From assembly GCA_052426225.1 (NCBI GenBank), contig JBNJNM010000007.1, positions 806,001-870,000 on the forward strand: DNA of 64,000 nucleotides. Direction: 5' to 3'. The position numbers and the translations under genes are program-made. The notes under the pieces were generated by a model, which saw nothing but the letters and a program-made list of their open reading frames with translations, did not search any database and had not been told where the DNA came from. Source of the stretch: Zancudomyces culisetae HAW-14-8. Its lineage: Eukaryota; Fungi; Kickxellomycota. Below are positions 48,079 through 60,641 of this stretch, one piece after another (within the stretch, counting starts at the first letter, position 1; every line of letters starts with the position of its first letter).

Positions 48079-48562
48079 GCAACTTGTTTCTACTTTTCTC
48101 GCACATATGAATATTTCTGTTACATTGTTTTTTACCCACTTTCATGCTCTTGTGGCCATTGCATTTTATTATACTTTTCGCAAATATGCACCACTATTCT
48201 CTCATTTTTGTTAATGTTTTATTTTATAAGCTTAGTAGCTTTGGACTCTCAAAGGGAACCTCCTGGGGCTAGTTTACAATAATGTCTAACTATATAATTT
48301 ATTTACAAGGTATCCTTGCCTAACTGACTACAAAAAACAACCAATACTTCAGTACTGGGGGATGTATATGTATTATAAAAATGAAAATGAAAATGAAAAA
48401 TCTAGTTTATAGTGGTTAAATAAAATGAGAGTTATGCGGAAAGCAACTGTTGTTGCTTTTCAAATACATATATGTGTATGTGTGTATGAATGTTTGATCA
48501 CAATAGTGATACACCAAAGCAGGAAAACTACAGCGTGAAAGTAAGATGGGGATTGTGATACT

Positions 48563-49744
48563 CTATATATTTTTGAGAAAATCGGCTACTGGCAGCGTGT
48601 GGTTTCCTTCGACAAAGTTTTTGCCACACACAGCGTAGTAGTGATGGATCGATGAGTGTTGGGGATCACAATAACACTTCACGTTGTCTTGAGGGCAGTT
48701 TTCCCAGGGTTCATGTTTATACCCGATATCTTTGAACCAGTGGATCTGAGTTTGGTTCAGAAACAGCGCTGCAGCTATTGAGTGTACTGGGGCATCTCCC
48801 CAGCGCTCATAGAAAAACCCGCCAGTCGAATCTAGATAGTCAAAATAATCTGTATACGCTTTAGATCTAAAAAAGCTCAGACTTCCAATTTCAAAATTTG
48901 ACCAAAAGTGACATCCATTGTACGTCTTTCCCCCATCTTTGGACAGCCACTTGATGGAGTTTGCTGTGCTGATGTGTTCAGGGTGTTCCTTAATAAACGC
49001 TTTAACAGCACCCCACAAGGACGGGATTGTATTTTCATACTCATATAGCCCGATCGTATATCCATACTTAATATTGCGGTCCTTCATATATTTAAAGGGA
49101 TCGTATTCAATGTCACAACTATAGTCAATTCCGGGCTCGATTCTCCAATAGTACTCATACTTATCTAATAATTTATGTCTATAGAAAAACCCACTGTTGA
49201 ACCTGCACATATGTCGATATGATTCCGACTCGCCGTACATTACCCCGGCGGCCTGCATCTCCTCGCGTCTTGTAGCAGCCAGCTCCAAATCTATAGAATC
49301 TGGATACCCCCAGTGTACCTTCCCATCTCTATTTTCAATGGTTCCAAACTCCACTTTTGCGTTTGTCATTGCCTGTACACCTATCTTGAACTCTTCAGTA
49401 AACTCAACGTCGTTCAGAAACACATATGGATATAAATAATTTTTGTTAAACCGGTCTTCGATCCGCTTCATGGATTTTTTCATCTCATGTAACTCATTGT
49501 TCCTGACTAGAATTACAAATGCAGCGTTTACTTTTTTTGGTCGAGTTGTTGCGTCCTCATTGTCTATTTTAAATATTCTTGTAAGATTTAAATATGAATC
49601 TGCCCCAATAGTCTTGATGTAGTCGTATACTCCGGACTGCTCAAACGGTACGTTAATGTTTATGCTATTTTTTCCATTGTAGTACCAATATATGATTGCT
49701 GTTGCCAAAACTATCCAACTTGTTAGATACTTTCCAAAAGACAT
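48563..49744 (-). CDS. KTR1: Alpha-1,2-mannosyltransferase, GT15 (KRE2/KTR1 family)
   Basis: N-terminal TM; NAAFVILVRN, EDRFN...YPYVFLND, SYRHMCRFNSGFF, YYWRIEP, CHFWSNFEI, GGFFYERWGDAPVHSIA. Confidence 0.96.
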   Translation of the reverse strand: MSFGKYLTSWIVLATAIIYWYYNGKNSININVPFEQSGVYDYIKTIGADSYLNLTRIFKIDNEDATTRPKKVNAAFVILVRNNELHEMKKSMKRIEDRFNKNYLYPYVFLNDVEFTEEFKIGVQAMTNAKVEFGTIENRDGKVHWGYPDSIDLELAATRREEMQAAGVMYGESESYRHMCRFNSGFFYRHKLLDKYEYYWRIEPGIDYSCDIEYDPFKYMKDRNIKYGYTIGLYEYENTIPSLWGAVKAFIKEHPEHISTANSIKWLSKDGGKTYNGCHFWSNFEIGSLSFFRSKAYTDYFDYLDSTGGFFYERWGDAPVHSIAAALFLNQTQIHWFKDIGYKHEPWENCPQDNVKCYCDPQHSSIHHYYAVCGKNFVEGNHTLPVADFLKNI

Positions 49745-51536
49745 TCTTTAAAGTATTGACCCAAAACATTAATTATCTACGATTATAACAAATTACTATA
49801 ATTATATCTACCTGTGCGTTTATTATGAACGGAGATGGGTGGTATATATACTTTATTGGATATATTTAGTAAGAACATATATATATATTTGTATTTTTGG
49901 GTCATATACAAAACGTCTTAACAAAAGCGCTGTGTTTGATTAGTTCAGTTTCTATATATACCCCTTTTTTATGTTTTGTATCTATATCGTTAAATATTAT
50001 TGCGAATCGGATTAATATACCATTGGTAATCAGCACTTTTGCCATTTTTACATTCAAAGTGTAAAAATATTCATTTACTATAGAAAAGTGTTAGTATTCC
50101 TTCGAAACAATTAAATAGGAAATATATTTTTCACACATCACATTGGTGATGATAAATGAAATAAAATCTTGATGTCTTTTACTAATAATTAATTAATACA
50201 AACTTTTAAAGGTTCGCTTTCCACTAGAGCAATGTTTCATTTACTTCAATATAGTGCAATATATTTTGTTTTGGTTTTATCAACTATTTCCTTAATACAC
50301 TTTAAAGTAAATATTGTGAGGGAATATTTCGAAAAATGAAAGGGAAAGTAAAAAATTAGTAAGGAACATGGTAACGAGGTGGCAAGGAAAAAAAAAGTAA
50401 TATTACCAGTCTCGTATATTGTCACTGCTTTGCTAAGCAATTGGCATGAACTAGTCGAGTTTTTAAAACACGTAGCGATGGGGTTGATAAACCCATCAGT
50501 TCATTTTACTGCCTGCTTTTTTTTTTTGCCCTTCTACCCGGAATTTATGGATTAGTGGCCAGCATATCTAGGTACATCCCAGCACTATATCTTTGGCTTG
50601 ATGGCGAAAGAATGGAAAAAGCTAACTTGGATTTATGAATTTATGTTGGTGTTTAAACATTCCAATAAAAGACCGCGTTTGTTTTGGATTCTATATATTT
50701 CTTTAATACTGTTGTCTGTGGTATAATTTTATGTTTTACCCCCCTCCCTGCCCCCCCCTCTTCTCCTCTCCTCCCCACAAAAAAAAACAAACAAACGAAA
50801 AAAAAGCGAAAGGGAATAACTGTGTGAGTTTGTGTGTAGGTAGGTGATTTTGATTTGGTGTGTAATCAGTTCGGTATGCGTTTCTGTGCAAAAGATCTCT
50901 GCCCACTTGCTTTTTTTTCCGTTTGTGATTATGTTTTGTGCACAGCAATTGTACAAACAAGGATAGTTATATATCAAAAAAATTTAAGGAAAAATGAGTA
51001 TGTGAACCAAGCTATCAACAGCTCAATCAAATCAGTTTTTTTTTAAAAAGTATTTTGTATCTAGGTATTTCCAATTGAATAGATGAGAATGATACTTGAA
51101 CTAATAGAATATCTATTACAGCTCTAGGTAGTTAGAAAATAAAAATATGTTCTTGGTGCGAATCTAGACAGAATGTTTCCATGTATACCACTAGAGAGTA
51201 TCTTATTTACACGATTTTTATTCACACCCGTTCTTTTATGTTTCTTGTATGCCATATCAAACAGATATCAAATAATTGAAAGTAATTTTTACAAAGACAC
51301 CATTTTTCATTTGTATACTATTTCTAACCATGCCAAAAAGGCAAAAAAGAAACATGGCTAAGCAACAAAATAAATCGATATTCGAATTTGCCTCTTTTAA
51401 TCTGAATATCCACGTAATATATACGTAATATTGGTCAAAATACATAATAAATAGTTCTATATTTATTTTTATTCTCTACAATAAAAGCCATGTACCATGG
51501 AAAAACTAATGGGAAACCAGGCGTTCCATTCCCGCG

Positions 51537-54500
51537 CTAATTCAAATATCCACGACAGTTCACAGATCCGCAGAGACACCGAATTCTGTCTGATTCATCT
51601 CTATTAAACTTGTAATCATAAGTGATTTCCTCGCCTGCAGCAATATCGGATTTTGCATAAATCACAATGCGCTTGGTTCCATCGGCCTGAATAACTTTGG
51701 CAGTACAGTTCGGATTACAAGAATGGTTGATAAACCTTGCGTTGTTTCCCATCATTGTGGCATCGACAACGAGGTCGTTATCAACCCGAAAGAGATAGCA
51801 GCAATCGTTAGTACCGCTTAATTTTGCGTAGCACAGCTCGCGGGAATCCGAAAGCCGTGAACGAATAAGCTCACCAACATACTCGATTACAAATTCGTTT
51901 GCGTAAATGTGCTCTTTTGTAAACAATCCATAACTGTGAATTGATGATTTGGCAAAGTAGACGGATTTCTTTCTATTTACTAGCGAATTGAGTCTGATCG
52001 AGGACTCGCTATGACCATTATTGCCAGAATCATAGCCATCTTTATCATCAAGCAGCCGCCTGTTATGACCCAGAGTTTGAGTAAGTTGGGCTCTGAGCTT
52101 CCTACTCGCAGCCCTGTTTGATCGACTAGAACTGGAGCCACTTGTTGCAACGGGTGCGATATTGTGCCTCCTATACTCATTATTTTCACCGAACGCATTC
52201 TTTCGATCGCTCGATAGGGCGTTTGAGATGGAGTTGTTGGTGTTGGCGTCCGAAAAGTTGTTCTCCCGAATCTTAGATATGTAGAAACTCGCAGTCCAGT
52301 GAAACAGTGGCAGCAGAGGAAGCACATAGTTTTTCTTTTCTTCAATCGGGGGTTTGTAATAACCTTCCGTTCGCGCAGATCCCGTAGAGTTTTTCGGGTT
52401 GTAGACATCATTCTCAGTATCATCGTTGATATCAACCTTGATATCCTCCCCATTGATATCTTTATCATCATCCTTGCCCTTACCACTACCACCTTTGCTG
52501 CCATCAACGGCTATTTGGGCATCTATAGCCAGAGTTGGAGCGTGTTTGGTCCTCTCCTTCGTTTTATTTCTCGTGGACTTTGAGCTTTTTCTGCCAGTGG
52601 TTTTGCCATAGTCCGAATAATCTGAGTCCAGGATTGAATCTGACTCTGTTTCTTCCGGAGTGCTCAAATACTGATCCTCATCAATTTCATTTACGGCCTG
52701 TGTATTTCCAGAAGCTATAATTTCGTTAGAAATGGTTTCAACCAGCCCATTTTGAACAGCTTTCCCTTGCTTCTTTCCAGGCCTTTTGGTTGTACCCTTT
52801 TTAAGAACTGGCTTTGGCTTAATTTCGACAGAGCTGGCATCCGGTTCAAAGTTGGTAGTAACAGTCTCGTTCTGCGTGCTGATTTCAACCTTTACCTCCA
52901 CTTTGCCATCATCTACAACGGATTCATCACTCTGTTTTACAGTATCGTCTTCTACAGCCTCAGTTATAGTTAGCTCTTCGTGAGTTTCTTCTGTATCATC
53001 CCCTTTTTCCTTGGCCTCCGCCCAGCTACGATGAGCCTTCTCGCGTCTGGAAAGTTTTTTCTTTGCAAAATTGCCTTCAGTCTTGGGTTCGCGCCTTTCT
53101 TTTGTTAATGAGGGCTTCCTAAAGCTGGGTAAACTTGCAAGGACATCTTTGATTCTATTTTCACTGCCGATATCTGATATCTCAAGCCCCTTTACTTTTG
53201 AAACTGATATATTGCTATTCATCATGCCTTCGGCTTTAGTTTTACCACTTCTTTCGTTAATTGCCTTGAGCTCTAGCCCAACAAGCTTGGAAAGATACCG
53301 GCGCTTCAGATCACTAATTAAACTGCTTGCCAATTCTGAAATTAATCTTTCTTTTACTGATTGATATATTCGAGAATACTCATACTTCATCAGATGTTCT
53401 TCTTTGTTTTCCTCCACATCCCTCCTACTATATCTCCCCCCATCCCTCCTTTCCGTTTCTTTTGTTCTTTCATCTCTTATTGCGGAAGTCTCGTTTAATC
53501 TTTTTATTTCTGCTTCTACTAATTGTCCGTATTTCTCTTCAATATGTACATTACTCTCACCTCCAATAATGTTACGCACATACAAAATGTGCGCTTGTTT
53601 AATGTCAGCAGACAAGCTATCTGTTTCCTTGATACCCTCGATAGCCTTTGATATGGCTTTTCTGGGGTGGACGCCGTCTTTTACATGTGTGTACTCCACC
53701 ATAGCAATTCCCAAACCCATACCCGTAAATGGGTCTGTTTTTAGTTCTATCCTTCCTAAAGTACCAAACTGCGTAAAAAACACCTTTATCTGCTCTAGCG
53801 TAACAAGTGGTGTCATTTTGTAAAGCACCAAAATTTCACTTTTACTCACATGTACCGTGTGTCTATCGTGTTTATACAAGGCTAGTTTTATTTTATCTAG
53901 TTTTTTTTCTTCTAAAATGGCTCTCCTTTTTCTGTATTCCTCTATAAGCCGTGGATCGTTGGGAACACATATTTTCTTATCAAAGGCTAGCTTTTCATCT
54001 GGCCCGTTGTCCTCCGTATCCACCTTCGCAGGATTTTCATGTAGTTCGTTCCCTTCACTTTTCTCTTCCCCCTTGTTGCCAACTTCTTTATTAGTGTTAA
54101 TATCTCTAAATCCTCTGGAATTTTTACTGGAGTCTCTACTTCTACCTCTACTCCCACTCCTACTTCTATTCTTACCCCTACTCCTACTCCTACTCCTACT
54201 CTTCCGTCGCCTCTCGTAACCATTATACCTTGTCCTATCATTCTCCACATACTGCGTTTTATAGCCCTCATTTAAATGTGTACCTTTATGCCTTTCACTC
54301 GAATCAAAATATTTTGCCCTTTTGTAACTATAGTTTTCACCTGCACTGTTTTCTCTCTTGTAGCCACTTCTTCCTCCGGTGTTCCTGTCGTATTTTTCGT
54401 CATATCCTATTCTTCTTCTTTCTCGTTCATTTGTACTTTCATTTCCCCTATAATTATGATGCTTTCCCGGGCCTCCATAATTGTCATACCTTTTCTCATC

Positions 54501-54755
54501 CTTGTCCCTGTACCTCCCCTCAAAACGGGATTTTCTATCGCTATATTCTTCATTATAGCTCTTTGCGCCATTTCTTCCATAATATTCTTGTTGGGGCTGA
54601 TTCTGAGGTTCGTATTTATTATAATAAGTACCCTTAGCATGGTTAGAGGAATGGCCGTCAAATTTGCTCTTAAAAGACCCAGAGCTTCGGTTGTAACCAT
54701 CAAATTCCTCCCTCCTTTTGCTTTTACCTTCCTCTTCCACAGGCTCAGTTTTCAT
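51537..54755 (-). CDS. SET1: Histone H3K4 methyltransferase Set1
   Basis: RRM-like region (DPFTGMGLGIAMVEY), WIN motif GSARTEGY, n-SET SSRSNRAASR, SET domain (FAKSSIHSYGLF...EYVGELIR...DAT..GNNARFINHSCNPNC...GEEITYDYKF) and post-SET CLCGSVNCRGYLN. Confidence 0.96.
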   Translation of the reverse strand: MKTEPVEEEGKSKRREEFDGYNRSSGSFKSKFDGHSSNHAKGTYYNKYEPQNQPQQEYYGRNGAKSYNEEYSDRKSRFEGRYRDKDEKRYDNYGGPGKHHNYRGNESTNERERRRIGYDEKYDRNTGGRSGYKRENSAGENYSYKRAKYFDSSERHKGTHLNEGYKTQYVENDRTRYNGYERRRKSRSRSRSRGKNRSRSGSRGRSRDSSKNSRGFRDINTNKEVGNKGEEKSEGNELHENPAKVDTEDNGPDEKLAFDKKICVPNDPRLIEEYRKRRAILEEKKLDKIKLALYKHDRHTVHVSKSEILVLYKMTPLVTLEQIKVFFTQFGTLGRIELKTDPFTGMGLGIAMVEYTHVKDGVHPRKAISKAIEGIKETDSLSADIKQAHILYVRNIIGGESNVHIEEKYGQLVEAEIKRLNETSAIRDERTKETERRDGGRYSRRDVEENKEEHLMKYEYSRIYQSVKERLISELASSLISDLKRRYLSKLVGLELKAINERSGKTKAEGMMNSNISVSKVKGLEISDIGSENRIKDVLASLPSFRKPSLTKERREPKTEGNFAKKKLSRREKAHRSWAEAKEKGDDTEETHEELTITEAVEDDTVKQSDESVVDDGKVEVKVEISTQNETVTTNFEPDASSVEIKPKPVLKKGTTKRPGKKQGKAVQNGLVETISNEIIASGNTQAVNEIDEDQYLSTPEETESDSILDSDYSDYGKTTGRKSSKSTRNKTKERTKHAPTLAIDAQIAVDGSKGGSGKGKDDDKDINGEDIKVDINDDTENDVYNPKNSTGSARTEGYYKPPIEEKKNYVLPLLPLFHWTASFYISKIRENNFSDANTNNSISNALSSDRKNAFGENNEYRRHNIAPVATSGSSSSRSNRAASRKLRAQLTQTLGHNRRLLDDKDGYDSGNNGHSESSIRLNSLVNRKKSVYFAKSSIHSYGLFTKEHIYANEFVIEYVGELIRSRLSDSRELCYAKLSGTNDCCYLFRVDNDLVVDATMMGNNARFINHSCNPNCTAKVIQADGTKRIVIYAKSDIAAGEEITYDYKFNRDESDRIRCLCGSVNCRGYLN

Positions 54756-56523
54756 GTTTCGATTCCTTCTCTTTATATTTACAAACTTTATCGCTTTCGA
54801 GATTAATAATATAAATTACAAAAGAAAAACAGTTCAAGAATCCAAAATCGATTTCAGATCCTCCTCGTAGTCATTATTTTTCCTTAAGAACTTAAACTTC
54901 AATGGAAAAAGAATGTTGTATAGAATCTAGATTCTGCAGTTAAACTACTGAATGTAAGAGTCGATTGAGGGGCTGTGCTAAATATTAAAGTTCTACCCTT
55001 TATTTTAAAGTCATTTATTTTTCATGCAAGAGCTTCAAAGTGCAACTTTTAATCGTTCTACCACATTTCCTGATTTCTTTTTTTTTTATTAATTTTTTTC
55101 AAGTTGAACAAAACTGCCCAAGTAAAGCACCAATACCTGCCCAAACGAATCTCTTTTTTTTTCAAGTGGTTTTATTTTTGGAGGGTTAAGAAGTCAGCGG
55201 AGAGGAAGGGGGAGAAGAGGGAGGCAAAGTGATATAAAAAAAATAAAAAGAAACCAAGTAGTGCCACTAAACTCTGGTTAACTCTCCACACACTCAAAAT
55301 ATATGAATAGTGAATGGAGTCTTGTGGGTAAAGAAGAGAAGAAAGGCTCAGTTCTCGGGCTAAAGCTAACCGCTACAATACGTCAGCCCCAAGAATAAAC
55401 TGCTCAAAGCAGGAAAAGTTGGTAGCACAGAGAATACTGCTATTAGAAAAGAGATTATTGGCATAGTTTTGCAGCTCTCTATGCCAGTCCTTGTCTAACT
55501 ACAAACATTTATTCATACAAGAGTTATGTTTGTTTCAGAAGCTATGTATGACAACCCTAGATGTTAAACAATCATCCCTTTGTTGGTCAGTGGGCATATG
55601 TCATCCAGAGCTTTTGCTTATCTAGCACAATGTTGTCGGTAGGCGTGCAGCTATATCAGAAAAGCGATAGCTATGTAACAAGGCCATCTCTGCAATAACT
55701 AAACACATCCCCTCGTTATGGTCTGCCCGTATATGCAAACAACCATCCATCAGTTGATCGGCACCCCCTTTGTTGGATGTACGAATATCACTCTGGCTTG
55801 CTCTAGCTCTTTTGGATCCACTTTTGAACGTTTTCATGTGATTCCAATCAGGACTTTTGTGTTGTTTTTTCGCGTAAATGTTTTTTTTTGCTTTTTTGCT
55901 TTTTTATATTCAGGTAAGCTTGTGAAAAAGTAAAAGAAAAAATTGTATGTATTGCATTCACTCATGATATTTAATGTAAATAAAAAATTTTCACGACAAA
56001 TGGTAAATTTGACACCAAATCCCGTTATTTGCGAATTTAAAAGCGGAAAACAATAACAAAATGGAGCTTGATTCTGCAAAAAATTTCAAATAAAAAACAA
56101 CTCTACCCAATAGGTATGGAAGCAAAAATTGTAATTTTCAGATAATTAACCACTTTTTATTATTTTTTACAGTAAAATCAAATAATGAAAATAAATAACA
56201 ACAAATAAAACGAGCAATGTAGTATACAAAAACATCAAGAGAAAAACTATAACAAAATAATAGTAGTGAACGTTTTGGTTATCACAAAGAAACACGACCT
56301 TCTACTACTAGTGTATAAATATTTTTCTTTTAACTTTATTCAACCTGTCGCCTTAGACCCTGCGTGTTTTGACGATATATCATCGTTTCTATTCAAAATT
56401 TAATTTATATTAGTGTTCGAGAAATAACACTGTTTTGTGCAAGTAAATTAAGGTATAAATTAAACACATTTAAGCTGTAAAGATTCAGGTAACTCCCCCC
56501 CCCCGTATCAAAAGAAAAACATA

Positions 56524-58932
56524 ATGGAAAGACGACTCAGAAGTACAGGTGCGTTGTCCCTGAAAGCATATATGAAGGTATCCAAAGATGGCCATACCAA
56601 CAGTAACATTGATAAAAAAAGCGTCGAACAACATCCTGTTGTACAGGAAATGGAGAGAAGGATAACTCGAAGTGCTCAAAAAAAAGTTGAAGAGGTTAGA
56701 AAGAGAACAACGGAGCTTGTCTGTTCCGAGGACAGTCTGCAAAACCAATTTGTAAAGCGATTCAAGACCACGGTAAGTAACTGAGTTTGATAAAGGTTGT
56801 TTTGACTTTTCAATCAACAATCTGAACTTTTTTTTTTAGAGAAACACACTAGAATAATAGATGAATTATGCTACCAATACGTTGATGATTGTCTTTTTTC
56901 TTTTGTATTCTTATCATGAATTTCAATCATATTCAAATAGTCAACCCCAAGAAAAGGCGTAAATTCAGTTGTCAGCAAAGATGAAAAGAAAGAGAGTATT
57001 GAAAAAATGCGAATAGATACACCAACAAAAGGTTCAACTGTCTCAGCAACAAGTAGTTCGGATTTCAGTCCAAACGCAAAGCATTCGCATAGTGATGATT
57101 CTACACTAGTGGCTGAAGCCGAACAGATGTCGGAAAAAATTATTAAAGCTTCTCCAAGACTAGTACAGATGTTAAGTAAACTATCCAATTCTTCAAAAAG
57201 GAAAGATGCGGAGAAAAAAGCAGGTGTATACCAGGAAGTGGTTAAAGAGGGTATTGAAGGTGTCAAAAGCGACATTTCTGAAGAAGCTACTTTGAACAGT
57301 AGCAGCAAAATCAAGCTAAGCAGCAAAGACCCATCCAGGCTGATAAGAACAAAGGCGCTGCTAGAAAAACTTGCAAAAGCGAACGCGAGAGACCACAAAG
57401 TTGAGAAGACGCTGAGTGCTGCTGAACTGGCAGAGAAACGACAAGAAAATTTAGAATTGCGAGAACAAAGAGAATTTGGAAGAGACGCCTATCTTGGACT
57501 TACCACGCTCTCGGATACTGGGCTAGCACAGAATATAAAAACCGAATCGAGCTTTTCTGCACCAAAGACACTGATAAGCGAAAGCTTGGGATCGGTAAAA
57601 AATACATTTGCACAAGTTGGACAATGGAACAAAGCTGATAAATTTGTTCCCGAAAGGATGTTGGTGCTAGAAAAAGTATTTCAAGCACTTGAACACACCA
57701 TGATGTTTGTTATTGGACAAGGCGGTAAATGTGTGTACCACAGAATTAAAAAGGCCGTAGAGAACGCAGCAGGGTATGAGTTCTCGCTTGAAAGGTTGGG
57801 CCAGATAAAAACGCTGTACCCCGATGCATACACATTTGAGAGTGTAACGGTGATGTATGAGGGCGTAATGGTGAATTCCTTTGTGATTTCCTTTAATGAT
57901 GCAAACAACTCGAGTGATAAACTTACAGGCAGTTTACAAAAGGGAATCTCGTTTGTTGTATACAGCAATGAGATTAGAAGAAATAATTTCCGCAAGCATT
58001 TGCTGTGTTATGTTGAAAATGCCTATGAGAGATGGCTGCAATCCAGCAATTTTGTAAGTCTTGGTTCAGCACAACTTCAAGGGTCAGCCAAAATGCAAGA
58101 GGGCTGTGCTGCTAGTAATAATGTAACTGCGAGTGGTTTTGGTAAATTTCACTCGGCATTTAATCCAAACCTTGACGTTCCAGATATTTACCCTTCCAAA
58201 ATTATCACACAGCTAACAAACGCCCGGGACTTCAGAAAAGCCGACTCAACCAGACTAGAAAAAGCTAGACAGGTGCTTGCTGCGACCCAAAAATCAATCG
58301 CGAGTACTAGCACTAGCACCAGCACTAGCAAGCAGCCCTCAGAGTGTACAACGACTCCCCAGGGTATGCTTGTGGCAAAAGAAGGAAAGGAGAAACAAAA
58401 AGACGATGAGAAAGCTATTGCGAATGACCCAAATGACCCCATGATTAAGGCTATGGGTACCAAGGAGAAGCCTGTGTCAAAGGCATCCCTTCTCCTAGAG
58501 AGAATTCGTAATAAGCAAAAACAAGCCGAAAAGGACAAGTTTATAGCGAAATATGGCGAAACAGCTGGAAACGAAACCCCAATAGCAACAGGCCAAGAAA
58601 GACTTTTACTTAGCGATCTTACCCGTTCGCGGCTTATGACTGTTGCTGATAGTCTTTCGTTCTTGTTTGGTGCGGAGGGCAAGAATGTCTTGGCCCTGTC
58701 CTTTGTTTGCAACCGGCTTTCTGAAAGCCTGCGTAGTCATATGCTGTCGAGCTCTGAACTCCAGCAGCTCTTGGTAATGCTGACAAAAATAGCACCTGAA
58801 TGGTGTTCTCTAGACTCGGTTGGTGCTTCGGGTGCGCTTAGTTCTAGTATAACTTCGAGAAGCGTCTTTAGGATCACCCGTACGATTAGCGTAAAAAATG
58901 TAAAGGATAAAGTTTTGTCATATGTTAATTAA
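56524..58932 (+). CDS. CDT1: DNA replication licensing factor Cdt1, 2 exons
   Basis: Exon 1 56524-56772 (GTAAGT donor), exon 2 56941-58932 in frame. Winged-helix LEKVFQALEH...YHRIKKAVENAAGYEFSLERLGQIKTLYPDAY, LLERIRNKQ motif, C-terminal LLVMLTKIAPEWC. Confidence 0.9.
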
Positions 58933-59624
58933 GCCCCTTCATCTTTAGCTATAGTATTTATGCTCTTTTCTTGTTGTTTCTGGATACTGTTTCCACTTTT
59001 AGCTGTTTAACCCAGAATTTGGCATAATTTAATTTTGTCTTGCATCTCCACCTCCTCTCCCTTCCCTCCTTTCAAAAATGACCAAATATAGAACTAGAAT
59101 TGGACCATTTCAACTAGCTTATCTCTTTTTCTTATCCCTAAATGTTTCTTGTTTGTTGCATGGTTATAAAACCCATAAACGGCCTACAAAATCTTTGTCT
59201 TTGTGATATTTGTTTACTCAGTAGTATCAAAAAAAGGTGGTGGACAAAGAAAAACTTGCTCAGCTTCTTGTTGGTGTACAATCAAGTATCAACACAGGCG
59301 ATATATTTTAATGGCAATCTCGGCCACAAAATGTACAAACCCAAGCCAAATACTACTAGATACCCCACCCTCCCCACCCTCCGCCTCCTGAGTTTACAAA
59401 TCCCTATATTAGTTTACAAACTGGTAGAGATTCTTTTTTTTATACTAAATCAAGGAGGCACATACTGGTGATATAGTAACAAAAAAAAAAGTAGGTAAGT
59501 TAAAGACAGGGCCCAGAGTCAAAAAAAAAAGAGTCAAAAATCACATTTCCAATAAAAAATACAAAAAGTTTAGTTGAACAGAAAGGTTAATATCAAGCCT
59601 TTAAAATAAATTAAACAAATGTGG

Positions 59625-60641
59625 TTATTTGTATTGTTCAGAGTACTTTTTGAAGTGGGAAACCAAAGGACCCAAAAGTCTGTTAAACGCGGCTCTGCTC
59701 ATGTACGCAACCTTCAACTTTCCATCCGAAACAATGGTGGCTTGACGGGGCTCGTTAGTTATCAAAGCAAGTTCGCCAAAATAGTCGCCCTTTTTCAGGA
59801 TACCAACTTGCTTGGAATCACCTGATGGATTACCAGAACTGTCAGTAGGTCTCTTCAACACCTTGGCGCTTCCATCTTCAACCAGATAAAAACAATCGCC
59901 CACATCCCCTTGTCTTATTACAACCTCACCATCATCGTATGTCTTGGACTCTAAAGAATCGGCAATCTTTTGTCTCTGGTAAAGCTCAAGACCCTTGAGG
60001 AGAGGAATCTCTTCAAGGAATGATTCGTACAGCTTGCGCTTGCCTGAGGTGCGCTCCATAAGCAGTCTTCTAAATGTGACGCGGTCAAGTGCCCACAAGG
60101 TGGCGTCGGTTGTGGCCGTGACGGTTGCAGCTCTAGGTGAATTATACATTAAAGCCAACTCACCAAAACTTCCCTGATCGCAAAGAGTAAGGACAACCAC
60201 AGGCTCTTTTGCCCCTTCCTTGAGCTTTGTTATTTCAAATGATCCCTGTTCTACCACATAAAAGAAATCACCCTCGGCCCCCTGCTTTATTACCTCTGTG
60301 CCAGCGGTTATTTTCTTTTCCTCCATTGCATCAATCACGTCTTTATACGCCTCCTCGTCCAGATGACTAAAGAGAAAGTTGTTTTCCAAGGCTTTTTTAA
60401 TTCTTTCCATTTGTTGGTCGGACTTTGGAATAACCTTTTTTTCAAATTTGCCCATGGTCTCTGGGTTCATTGACTCTGAAGAAACACTAAATCGTCTCCC
60501 TCCAAATTCGGCAAGTTTGTTGGGTGGAATGAGCGAGTTAGAACTAAAAAGTTTTCCCTGATCGCCTCCATTGCCGCCAGCTCCACCAAATGGGTTTGTA
60601 AAGCCATCTAGCTTCTTTTCTCCTTGTTCAAGGGCTGCCAT
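59625..60641 (-). CDS. BCY1: cAMP-dependent protein kinase regulatory subunit (no N-terminal dimerisation/docking domain seen)
   Basis: Inhibitor site RRFSVSSES; two cNMP-binding domains with FGELALMYNSPRAAT and FGELALITNEPRQAT. Confidence 0.96.
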   Translation of the reverse strand: MAALEQGEKKLDGFTNPFGGAGGNGGDQGKLFSSNSLIPPNKLAEFGGRRFSVSSESMNPETMGKFEKKVIPKSDQQMERIKKALENNFLFSHLDEEAYKDVIDAMEEKKITAGTEVIKQGAEGDFFYVVEQGSFEITKLKEGAKEPVVVLTLCDQGSFGELALMYNSPRAATVTATTDATLWALDRVTFRRLLMERTSGKRKLYESFLEEIPLLKGLELYQRQKIADSLESKTYDDGEVVIRQGDVGDCFYLVEDGSAKVLKRPTDSSGNPSGDSKQVGILKKGDYFGELALITNEPRQATIVSDGKLKVAYMSRAAFNRLLGPLVSHFKKYSEQYK

